Notes: a model not told the origin generated them from the letters alone. Counted from the first letter of the stretch, positions 7,349 through 15,092 are shown. The stretch is DNA of 64,000 bases from Magnetospirillum sp. (GCA_027532905.1 JAPZUA010000004.1:244570-308569); one strand, 5' to 3'. Numbers and translations are program-made.

Positions 7349-10039
7349 ATGCCGACAAGTTCCGGAGATGGGCTCGAGCGTTCGATCTATCGCTTCGTGG
7401 TGCGATTCTCGCTGAAGGACACGATCCTCATCTGCGCGCTCGTCGCCCTTGCGCAGGTCTTCTACTACATCTCCCTCGACCTGCCCAAAAACATCATGAA
7501 CCAGGGCATCCAGGGCAACGGGATCGCGTTCCCGGTCGATGTCGCGCGCCTCGGCATCCTGTCGCTCGACCAGGTCGGGTATCTGATGTGGTTGTGCTTT
7601 CTGTTCCTGCTGGCCGTGCTCGTCAACGGAGGCCTCAAGCAGTTCGTCAATTCGCTCAAAGGCAAGCTCGGCGAAAGGCTGCTGCGGCGCCTGCGCTATC
7701 TTTTGATGGCGCGTATACTGCGCTTTCCGGTGGCGCATTTCCGCAAGACTTCATCGGGCGAACTGATCCCGATGCTGACGGCCGAAGTCGAACAGATCGG
7801 CGGCTTCATGGGCGACGCGTTCGTCCAGCCTTTGATGCAGGCGGGCATGCTGCTTACGATCGCGATCTTTCTGTTCGCGCAGAATCCGATCATGGGCTTC
7901 GCCGCGATCTCGCTGTTTCCGATCCAGGCCTACATCGTGCCGGTGCTGCAAAAGCGCGTCAAAGAACTCGGCAAGGAGCGCGTCAAGACGGTGCGAAAAA
8001 TCTCCGAGCGCATCGGCGAAACGGTGGGCGGCATCCAGGAAGTGCGCACGCTCGGCACGGCGGCTTGGGAGCGCGCCGACTATACCGAGCGCTTCGGCAC
8101 GGTCTACCGCATCCGCTTCGCGATCTACCAGCGCAAGTCGCTGGTCAAATTTATCAACAACACGCTGAACCAGTGCGCACCGCTGATGTTCTACGCGATC
8201 GGCGGCTATCTCGTGATCCACGGTTCGTTGAGCGTGGGCGCCCTCGTGGCCGCCCTGTCCGCGCACAAGGACATGACGGCACCCTGGAAGGAACTGCTCG
8301 ACTACTACCAACAGTCGCAAGACGCCCAGCAGAAATACGAGCAGGTCGTCGAACAGTTCCAGCCCGACAATCTGCTGCCCGCAGGGCTGCACGCGCCCGC
8401 CGAAGCGGCAGCGCAAACCTTCGACGGACCGATCGTGGCCAACGCCCTCACGGTGCAGGAAGACGCCCAGACCAAGCTCCTCGAGGGGGTGAGCTTCGAA
8501 CTTCCGCTCGGAACGCATGTGGCGCTGGTCGGGCCGTCGGGCGGCGGGCGGGAGGCTTTGGCGATGACGCTTGCACGCCTCTACCAACCGAGCAGCGGCA
8601 CCTTGCGCATCGGCAGCCGCGACATGGCGCAGATTTCCGACGCCGATCTCGGCGCGCGCATGGGCTATGTCGGGCCCAACGCGTATGTGTTTTCGGCGAG
8701 CTTGCGCGACAATCTCGCCTACGGCCTGCGCCAGCGCGTGCTGGCCCCGCACGAAGATGCCGCGCGCGAGAAGCTGCTTGCGGAAGCAGCACGCGCGGGC
8801 AACCTGCCGCTGGACGTGGAAGCGCAATGGATCGACTACACGGCCGCTGGGGCTGCTGACGCTGCCGATTTCGACCGAGTTGCGACCGCGGTTCTGGCCA
8901 AGGTCGATCTCGCCGAAGACGTGTTCTTGCTCGGCCTGCGCGGCCAAATCGATCCCATACGCCGCAAAAATGTAGCCGATGCGATCTTGACGGCGCGTGC
9001 CGCATTCCGCCAACGCCTGACGGGTGCGCAAGCCGACCCGACCTTGAAGGGCCTCGTCGAAACCTTCGATCCCGAGCGCTACAACGACAATGCGACCTTG
9101 GGCGAAAACCTGCTGTTCGGGACCGCCCTCGACGCCAGCCTTGCGGGCGACGCACTCGCGGCCCAGCCGGACTTCCGGCGCATCTTGGACGAAACGGGCC
9201 TCGGTGCGGAACTGCCGATCATGGGCCGCAAGGTCGCCGAAACCATGGTCGAACTCTTCGCCGATCTGCCGGCCGGCCACGAGTTTTTCGACCGTTTCAG
9301 CTTCATCGCGGCCGACGATCTGCCGGTCTTCCAGACCGTGCTGGCGCGTACGGTGCCGCTTGCCGACGGCAGTCTGCCCGCCGACATCAGCGCCGAGGAC
9401 CGCGCGCGTCTGGCAAGCCTGCCGCTGAAGCTCGTCGATGCGCGCCATCGCCTCGGCCTCATCGACAAAGCGTTCAAGGAACGCGCACTCGCGGCGCGCA
9501 AGGCGCTGCGCGAAAAACTGCCCGAGAAACTGCGCACAAAGATCGCGTTTTTCGACCCGGACATCTACAACGCCGCCGCCTCGATCCAGGACAACATCCT
9601 GTTCGGGCGCATCGCCTACGGCCAAGCCAAAGCGCAGGCAAGCGTGGGGTCTGCCATTCGCGAAGTGCTTGAAGCGCTGGGTTTGCGCGAGCGCGTGTTC
9701 GAAATCGGCCTCGATTTCCAGGTCGGCGTGGCGGGCGGACGCCTGTCCGCCCCGCAGCGTCAGAAGCTTGCGATCGCGCGCGCCCTCACCAAACGGCCCG
9801 ACCTGCTGGTGCTCAATGACGCGGTCGCAGTCCTCGACCGCGCGGGGCAAGCGCGCCTGCTCGAGAGCCTCGCCGCCGCCGCCGCCGGCACCACGCTCGT
9901 GTGGGCGACGCAAGATACGGCAAGTGCCGCGCGCTTCGCGCGCGTGATGGTGTTTGCCGAAGGCCGTCTCGTCCAGGACGGCACCTACGAAGATCTCGCG
10001 GCGCGCGACGGCACGCTCAAAGAGTTGGTGGCCGCCTAG
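7349..10039 (+). CDS. ABC exporter-type protein (6-TM ABC_membrane domain plus NBD) with degenerate catalytic motifs and a large insertion in the NBD
   Basis: The N-terminal ~330 aa are hydrophobic and look like a type-I exporter TMD. NBD motifs are recognisable but substituted: Walker A GPSGGGREA, signature LSAPQ, Walker B LLVLNDA, and no His in the H-loop (VWATQDTAS). About 357 aa separate the Q-loop region from the signature. Confidence 0.8.
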   Translation: MPTSSGDGLERSIYRFVVRFSLKDTILICALVALAQVFYYISLDLPKNIMNQGIQGNGIAFPVDVARLGILSLDQVGYLMWLCFLFLLAVLVNGGLKQFVNSLKGKLGERLLRRLRYLLMARILRFPVAHFRKTSSGELIPMLTAEVEQIGGFMGDAFVQPLMQAGMLLTIAIFLFAQNPIMGFAAISLFPIQAYIVPVLQKRVKELGKERVKTVRKISERIGETVGGIQEVRTLGTAAWERADYTERFGTVYRIRFAIYQRKSLVKFINNTLNQCAPLMFYAIGGYLVIHGSLSVGALVAALSAHKDMTAPWKELLDYYQQSQDAQQKYEQVVEQFQPDNLLPAGLHAPAEAAAQTFDGPIVANALTVQEDAQTKLLEGVSFELPLGTHVALVGPSGGGREALAMTLARLYQPSSGTLRIGSRDMAQISDADLGARMGYVGPNAYVFSASLRDNLAYGLRQRVLAPHEDAAREKLLAEAARAGNLPLDVEAQWIDYTAAGAADAADFDRVATAVLAKVDLAEDVFLLGLRGQIDPIRRKNVADAILTARAAFRQRLTGAQADPTLKGLVETFDPERYNDNATLGENLLFGTALDASLAGDALAAQPDFRRILDETGLGAELPIMGRKVAETMVELFADLPAGHEFFDRFSFIAADDLPVFQTVLARTVPLADGSLPADISAEDRARLASLPLKLVDARHRLGLIDKAFKERALAARKALREKLPEKLRTKIAFFDPDIYNAAASIQDNILFGRIAYGQAKAQASVGSAIREVLEALGLRERVFEIGLDFQVGVAGGRLSAPQRQKLAIARALTKRPDLLVLNDAVAVLDRAGQARLLESLAAAAAGTTLVWATQDTASAARFARVMVFAEGRLVQDGTYEDLAARDGTLKELVAA

Positions 10040-10068
10040 CATTTCGGCCCCTCACAAGGAACGAATCC

Positions 10069-10527
10069 ATGTCGCTCAAAGAAGAAACCGAAGCCCTGCG
10101 GCGCATCCCGCTGTTCCAGAATCTGGATCCCGCGAAGCTCAAACTGCTGGCCTTCATGAGCCAGCGTCTGACCTTCGAGCCGGGCCAGGCGGTGTTCGCG
10201 CAAGGCGATCCGGGCGACGCCGCCTATATCGTGCTCGACGGCGAAGCGGTCGTGTCGATCGACGCCCCCAATTCGCGCATCGACATAGCGCGGCTCACGC
10301 GCAACGAGATCGTGGGCGAAATCGCGATCCTGTGCGACGTGCCGCGCACCGCGCACGTGACGGCGGCGGGCGACAAGGCGCTCGTCTGCCTCAAGATCGA
10401 AAAAAACGACTTCATCGGCATGCTGACCGAGTTTCCGAACATGGCGGTCGAAATCATGCGCGAGCTTGCGCGCCGCATCGTCAACACGAACCAGCAGCTG
10501 CGCCAAGCCGTTGCGGCCAAAGGCTGA
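10069..10527 (+). CDS. Stand-alone cyclic-nucleotide-binding domain protein (no HTH)
   Basis: ATG at 10069 with AAGGA upstream, 29 nt after the ABC gene. CAP-effector pattern: RIPLFQNLDPAKLKLLA, GDPGDAAYIVLDGEA, and phosphate-binding cassette GEIAIL..PRTAHV. The protein ends after the C-helix at 152 aa. Confidence 0.85.
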   Translation: MSLKEETEALRRIPLFQNLDPAKLKLLAFMSQRLTFEPGQAVFAQGDPGDAAYIVLDGEAVVSIDAPNSRIDIARLTRNEIVGEIAILCDVPRTAHVTAAGDKALVCLKIEKNDFIGMLTEFPNMAVEIMRELARRIVNTNQQLRQAVAAKG

Positions 10528-10531
10528 GAAG

Positions 10532-11017
10532 ATGAGCCGTCTCGACAGTTTCATTCGCCGCCTGCAGGCCCAGCGCATCGGCCTCGACTGGGCCTGCGCC
10601 GAGCTCGGCCCCGGCCTCGTACTCGAACTTGGGCTCGGCAACGGGCGTACCTACGACCATCTGCGCAGTCGGCTCGGGACCGCGCGCGCGATCCACGCCT
10701 TCGACCGCGCCGTCGCGGCCCATCCCGATTGCGTGCCGCCGGAAGATCGGCTGCATCTGGGCGACATTCGCGACACGCTGCCGAGCTTTGCCGACAGATT
10801 TCCGCACAGCACCGCCCTCGTCCATTCCGACGCGGGCTCCGGCGTCGCGGCCGAAACCGCGGCCCTGGCCGCTTTCATCTCGCGCCATCTTCCCGCGATC
10901 CTGGCGCCGAACGGACTCGTCGTCGCCGACCAGCCGATGCCGAGCGAAGCACTCGCCGAGTTGCCGCCGCCCGTCGGCATCAATCCGGGGCGCTATTTTT
11001 TCTACCGCCTGCGTTAA
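10532..11017 (+). CDS. Small Rossmann-fold / class I SAM-methyltransferase-like protein (function unknown)
   Basis: ATG at 10532 lies 4 nt after the previous stop. The glycine-rich LELGLGNGRTYDHL resembles MTase motif I. I recognise no other family signature. Confidence 0.55.
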   Translation: MSRLDSFIRRLQAQRIGLDWACAELGPGLVLELGLGNGRTYDHLRSRLGTARAIHAFDRAVAAHPDCVPPEDRLHLGDIRDTLPSFADRFPHSTALVHSDAGSGVAAETAALAAFISRHLPAILAPNGLVVADQPMPSEALAELPPPVGINPGRYFFYRLR

Positions 11018-11865
11018 GGAACAAAATCGATCGCGACGGGCACGTGGTCGGAAGGCTGCGTCCAGTCGCGCGCGCCACGCAGAATATGGAAGGCTTTGAT
11101 CTTGGACGCGAGGTCGGGTGTAGCCCAAATATGGTCGAGGCGGCGGCCGCGATCGGATTTGCGCCAGTCGCTGTTGCGGTAGCTCCACCACGTGTAGAGC
11201 CGTTCGGGCTCCGGATGGCGCAGACGCGCCACGTCGACCCAATCGCCCGCCGCCTGCATGCCGCCCAACGCCGCGACTTCGATCGGCGTGTGGCTCACCA
11301 CATCGAGAAGCTGCTTGTGGCTCCAAACATCGGTCTCGCACGGCGCGATATTGAGATCGCCGACAAGAATCGCCGATCCCTTGCGGCCGCGTTTCTTCCA
11401 CACGGCAGTCTGGGCTGCGACGAAATCGAGCTTATGCTTGAATTTGTCGTTGGCGACCGGGTCGGGCACGTCGCCGCCGGCCGGCACATAGACATTGTGG
11501 AGTGCGATGCCGCCCGGCAATTCGGCCGAAGCATGGCGGCAATCCTCGCGCCCGCAGTGGTGCAAGGGCGCAGGCGATGAAATCGGCACGCGCGACAGGA
11601 TCGCAACCCCGTTGTAGCTCTTCATACCGTGCGCATAACGGTGCGTGAAACCAAGCTCGGCGAGCCCGTCATGCGGGAACTGGTCGTCCGGGCACTTGGT
11701 TTCCTGCAGGCACAGAATGTCCGGCCGCACTTGCGCCACCAGCTTGGCGACCAGCGGCAGGCGCAGGCGCACCGAATTGATGTTCCAGGTGACCAGCCGC
11801 AAAGCGCCGCGCGCGGGCTTCGGCAACGGGTCGGTTTCGACGTAAGGGGACGGCGTTTGGCTCAT
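11014..11865 (-). CDS. xthA: Exodeoxyribonuclease III
   Basis: Motifs: LRLVTWNINSVRLRL, DILCLQETK, GDLNIAP, SDHVPV. The start is taken at MSQTPSP (ATG 11865). The longer start at 11904 would abut a terminator hairpin. Confidence 0.9.
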   Translation of the reverse strand: MSQTPSPYVETDPLPKPARGALRLVTWNINSVRLRLPLVAKLVAQVRPDILCLQETKCPDDQFPHDGLAELGFTHRYAHGMKSYNGVAILSRVPISSPAPLHHCGREDCRHASAELPGGIALHNVYVPAGGDVPDPVANDKFKHKLDFVAAQTAVWKKRGRKGSAILVGDLNIAPCETDVWSHKQLLDVVSHTPIEVAALGGMQAAGDWVDVARLRHPEPERLYTWWSYRNSDWRKSDRGRRLDHIWATPDLASKIKAFHILRGARDWTQPSDHVPVAIDFVP

Positions 11866-11902
11866 CTGGCCCGTATAGCCGAGATTCGAAAAACACGGGT
11901 CC

Positions 11903-11944
11903 AAAAAGGGAGACGCCCGAATGGAGGGGGTCCATTCGGGCGTC
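11903..11944 (-). terminator. Rho-independent terminator (14-bp perfect stem, CCCCC loop, U-tract)
   Basis: Minus strand reads GACGCCCGAAUGGA-CCCCC-UCCAUUCGGGCGUC followed by UCCCUUUUU. Confidence 0.75.
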
Positions 11945-12020
11945 AGGCTCCTAGGGGAAGGAGCGTGTCGGGCCGCCAGGGGAGACGGCCCAGACGACGA
12001 CCCGGGGGCGGATCGTCACT
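11903..12020 (-). ncRNA. Candidate small RNA or structured 3' element: four tandem hairpins, each with a C-rich loop
   Basis: Minus-strand hairpins lie at plus-strand coordinates 11996-12017 (loop GCCCCC), 11970-11991 (loop UCUCCCCUGG), 11947-11964 (loop UCCCCU) and 11912-11944 (loop CCCCC, terminator). A G-U pair in the first stem would be an A-C mismatch on the plus strand, which favours a minus-strand RNA. Confidence 0.4.
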
Positions 12021-12090
12021 CCTTGCAAATGGCCCCGCTCCTTCAATTCAACAAGAGGGTCGCGCTGAAATAAACACCGAAAAGCGGTAT

Positions 12091-12834
12091 CTAAATACCA
12101 TTTTCGACGATTCGGCCGAATTCAGCAAATATAGCGGCCGAAAACGGGTCGGTTTTGACGTGCCATTCGGGGTGCCATTGCAGGCCGAGGGCAAAACCAG
12201 GGCCGCCGGTCCAGCGTACGGCCTCGATCGTTCCGTCTTCGTGCGTGGCCTCGACGGCCAATCCGTCGGCCAACCGGTCGATCGCCTGGCCGTGCAGCGA
12301 ATTCACAAACGCCCGCCCGTCGTCGCCATTGAGCCGCTGCAGGAGGCCGCCGGGTGCAAGATCGACCCAATGGCGATGGGCGTAGCGGGCATCCATGTCG
12401 TCGCTTTCCGGGGCGCGGTGGTCGATGCGGCCGGGCAGTTCCTGGACATGCTGGTGCAGGCTGCCGCCCAGTGCCACGTTCAGCTCCTGGTGGCCGCGGC
12501 ATAGGCCCAGCACCGGCAGCCCACGCGCCACGGCCGCGCGCAGCAGCGGCAAGGTGGTGGCGTCGCGCGCCGGATCATGCAGCGTGCCGGGCCGCGACCG
12601 GCCGCCATATTCGCCCGGCTCCACGTTGGACGGGCTGCCGGTCATCACAAGCCCATCAAGGCGCGACAGGATCGCGGCAATGTTCTGGGCAGAGCCGATC
12701 GCCGGCAGCAGTACAGGAACGGCACCCATGCCCGCGACCACAGCTTCGACATATTGCGCACGCACGATGTGCTGCAGGCCACGCGGCCCCTGCTGCAGGC
12801 ATGCACTGATGCCGATGACGGGCGGTTTCTTCAT
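12091..12834 (-). CDS. Gamma-glutamyl-gamma-aminobutyrate hydrolase family protein (peptidase C26 / class I glutamine amidotransferase)
   Basis: Start at MKKPPVIGISA. Nucleophile elbow LGLCRGHQELNV, and LQWHPEW near the C-terminus. Confidence 0.85.
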   Translation of the reverse strand: MKKPPVIGISACLQQGPRGLQHIVRAQYVEAVVAGMGAVPVLLPAIGSAQNIAAILSRLDGLVMTGSPSNVEPGEYGGRSRPGTLHDPARDATTLPLLRAAVARGLPVLGLCRGHQELNVALGGSLHQHVQELPGRIDHRAPESDDMDARYAHRHWVDLAPGGLLQRLNGDDGRAFVNSLHGQAIDRLADGLAVEATHEDGTIEAVRWTGGPGFALGLQWHPEWHVKTDPFSAAIFAEFGRIVENGI

Positions 12835-12956
12835 GGGTCCAACCGCTAGCATACCGCCCGGATTCGCGCAAAAAGGCCGATTGATCCTGCGCAAAGTGCC
12901 GCCCCTGCCCGGACTGGTAGATTGGGCTTCTCGATTGAAAAAGGGGGTATCGATCC

Positions 12957-13352
12957 ATGAACCACTTCCATGCGGCCGTTTGGCTCGACCATGCGCACGC
13001 GAAGATCTTCCATTTCGACGCGCATGTTTTCGAAGCCAAGAACGTCAAATCCGCGCATGCGGATGCACATCTGCACCACAAAGCAGGAGCCGTGGGTGCA
13101 GGCCACGCCGCCGAGGACCCCAAATACTACGCAAGCGTGGCAACCGCCTTGGCGGACGCCCAGGAAATCCTCGTGACCGGCCCAGGGTCGGCGAAGACCG
13201 TGTTCGGCAAATATCTTGCCGACCACAATCCGGATCTCGCCAAACGCATCGTCGAGACGACGGCGAGCGACCATCCGAGCGACGGCGAAATCGTCGCGAT
13301 GGCGCGCAAGCATTTCAAGATCATCGACCGCACGACGCCGCAGCGTTCGTAA
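12957..13352 (+). CDS. Conserved hypothetical protein, His-rich N-terminus (resembles proteins annotated 'translational machinery protein')
   Basis: ATG at 12957 is preceded by AAAGGGGG. The protein is 131 aa and contains MNHFHAAVWLDHAHAKIFHF... and ILVTGPGSAKT. The family name is from memory only. Confidence 0.65.
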   Translation: MNHFHAAVWLDHAHAKIFHFDAHVFEAKNVKSAHADAHLHHKAGAVGAGHAAEDPKYYASVATALADAQEILVTGPGSAKTVFGKYLADHNPDLAKRIVETTASDHPSDGEIVAMARKHFKIIDRTTPQRS

Positions 13353-13360
13353 GGGGCGCC

Positions 13361-13403
13361 AAAAAGAAAAGGGCCGACAAGGGGGAATATCCCTTGTCGG
13401 CCC
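13361..13403. terminator. Bidirectional intrinsic terminator between convergent genes
   Basis: GGGCCGACAAGGG-ggaatat-CCCTTGTCGGCCC forms a 13-bp perfect stem. It is flanked by AAAAAGAAAA on the plus strand, which is a U-tract for the minus-strand TerC transcript. Confidence 0.75.
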
Positions 13404-13422
13404 TTGCCGTCTCAATTCGCCG

Positions 13423-14418
13423 TTACTTGGCGTGGGCGGCTTCTGCGTCGCCGCGCGTCTTGTAGAGCGAGTAGAGGATGCCCGAGGTGATCATCGTCAC
13501 GGTCACCGACAGCGACAGCCAAGCCGGGAACTTGCCGATGATGCCGACCAGGAAGATTTTGCAGCCGATGAACACGAGCACGCCCGCCAGCGCGTATTTG
13601 AGATAGCGGAAGCGGTGGATCATCGCGGCGAGCGCGAAGTAAAGCGAGCGCAGACCCAGGATCGCGAAGATGTTCGACGTGTACACGATGAATGGGTCGG
13701 TCGTGATCGCGAAGATCGCAGGCACCGAGTCGACCGCGAAAATCAGGTCGACCGCTTCGACCAGCATCAAGCACAAGAACAGCGGCGTGGCCCAACGAAC
13801 CATCTTGCCCGTAACGGGATCGGGCTTCTGCACGAAGAAATCCTGGCCGTGCAGCTCTTCGGTCACGCGCATGCGCTTCTTGAGGAAGTTCAGCACGGGG
13901 TTTTCGCCGATGTTTTCTTCCTTGTCGGCCATGATCAGCATCTTCACGCCCGTGAAGACGAGGAACGCGCCGAAGATGTAGAGCACCCAGCTGAATTCCG
14001 AGACGAGGGCAGCCCCGAGCGCAATCATCGTGCCGCGCATGAAGATCACGCCGATGATGCCCCAGAACAGCACGCGGTGCTGGTATTTGCGGGGGACCGC
14101 GAAATAGGTGAAAATCATCGAAATAGCGAAGACGTTGTCGAGCGACAGCGACCATTCGACGAAGAAGCCCGTGTAGTATTCAAGGGCCGACTGCTGGCCC
14201 ATGTACCACCACACCCAGCCGCCGAACGCCATGGCGAGCGCGAAATAGAAGCCCGACAGCTTCAAGCTCTCGGCGACTTCGATCTCTTTGTTTTCCTTGT
14301 GCAGCACGCCAAGGTCGAACACCAGCAATGCGACGACGATGGACAGGAAGCCCACCCACATCCACACGGGCTTGCCCAAAAATTCGTTTGCGACCAGAAA
14401 ATCCATTTGCTCCATCCT
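13423..14418 (-). CDS. TerC/Alx family integral membrane protein
   Basis: Motifs: FVEWSLSLDNVFAI, LVEAVDLIFAVDSVPAIFAIT, YTSNIFAILGLRSLYF. Start is at MEQMDF (14418) or MDF (14409). Confidence 0.9.
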   Translation of the reverse strand, partial: RMEQMDFLVANEFLGKPVWMWVGFLSIVVALLVFDLGVLHKENKEIEVAESLKLSGFYFALAMAFGGWVWWYMGQQSALEYYTGFFVEWSLSLDNVFAISMIFTYFAVPRKYQHRVLFWGIIGVIFMRGTMIALGAALVSEFSWVLYIFGAFLVFTGVKMLIMADKEENIGENPVLNFLKKRMRVTEELHGQDFFVQKPDPVTGKMVRWATPLFLCLMLVEAVDLIFAVDSVPAIFAITTDPFIVYTSNIFAILGLRSLYFALAAMIHRFRYLKYALAGVLVFIGCKIFLVGIIGKFPAWLSLSVTVTMITSGILYSLYKTRGDAEAAHAK

Positions 14419-14612
14419 CAAAAGGCACCGCGGCCGCCGGGTATCCCGGGCGGCGCGAACTCGTTCCACTATGTCCCATGGAAGTCCGACATCACGGCGC
14501 CAACGGAACTCTCCTCCCCATCGGGACAAAAGAAGAGACCGGAAAACGCGCCGCCAGAGGAGCCCGGACTGTTGCAGCGCAACAAGTAGGGTTGATCCTG
14601 CCGCAATGCAAG
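14419..14612 (-). promoter_or_regulatory. Long structured 5' leader of the TerC gene; possible yybP-ykoY (Mn2+)-like riboswitch
   Basis: A possible promoter CTTGCA-N17-CTACTT lies at 14584-14612. The leader contains UGGGGAGGAG and GGGACAUAG, which resemble the GGGGAGUAG and UUGACAUA core motifs. A 9-bp hairpin GCCGCC(C)GGG-AUA-CCCGGCGGC lies about 20 nt upstream of the SD. I could not confirm the full fold. Confidence 0.3.
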
Positions 14613-14633
14613 AGGCACAGACCCTGATTTAGG

Positions 14634-14672
14634 CAAAAAAAGGGCGACGGCCGCCATTTGGCTGCCGCATTT
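14634..14672 (-). terminator. Intrinsic terminator after the small hypothetical gene
   Basis: Minus strand reads GCGGCAGCC-AAAU-GGCGGCCGU(CGCC)CUUUUUUU, a GC-rich stem followed by U7. Confidence 0.5.
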
Positions 14673-14674
14673 TG

Positions 14675-14974
14675 CTATTGCTGCAAATAGGGCCGTGCCG
14701 CCTGGACAGCCTGGGCGCAATTCGGGTCGAGATCGGCCAGGACGGTCTCGATGTTTGCCGTTCCGACCCAAATCCGCGCAACCGTGGTGACGATCCAACC
14801 AGGATCGGCGAGGCCCTTTTCCGCCAGAATCGGCCCGCCACGCCGCGCACAATCGCCGATCTGGCGCACGATTTCCTGCGGCGCACGTGCGGCGGCAAGC
14901 TTTTCGCGCGTGGCAGCCTCGAACGGTTCCACAAAGAAAATCGCGAAAATCCAGGCAATCAAATCGGCGAACAT
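14675..14974 (-). CDS. Hypothetical small protein (99 aa) with hydrophobic N-terminus
   Basis: ATG at 14974. The sequence starts MFADLIAWIFAIFFVEPF.... I recognise no family. It is followed by a terminator. Confidence 0.45.
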   Translation of the reverse strand: MFADLIAWIFAIFFVEPFEAATREKLAAARAPQEIVRQIGDCARRGGPILAEKGLADPGWIVTTVARIWVGTANIETVLADLDPNCAQAVQAARPYLQQ

Positions 14975-15092
14975 GGCGGCCCTTTTTCCAATGCCGGTCC
15001 GTCCGCATGACGGCAACAGCCATCCCCATTTGGGCGTCGTCAGCACTTGGCGCAAGTGCGAAAGGCAATATAGATTCAACGGCTTACGCCTG

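Noticed and set aside
11926-12008. Four plus-strand G-tracts (GGGGG, GGGG, GGGG, GGGGG) as a G-quadruplex.
   Set aside because: The tracts are about 20-25 nt apart, which is too long for a stable intramolecular G4. Each tract sits exactly in the loop of a hairpin whose stems pair better on the minus strand, so I prefer the C-rich-loop RNA interpretation. It is kept as the alternative in that finding.
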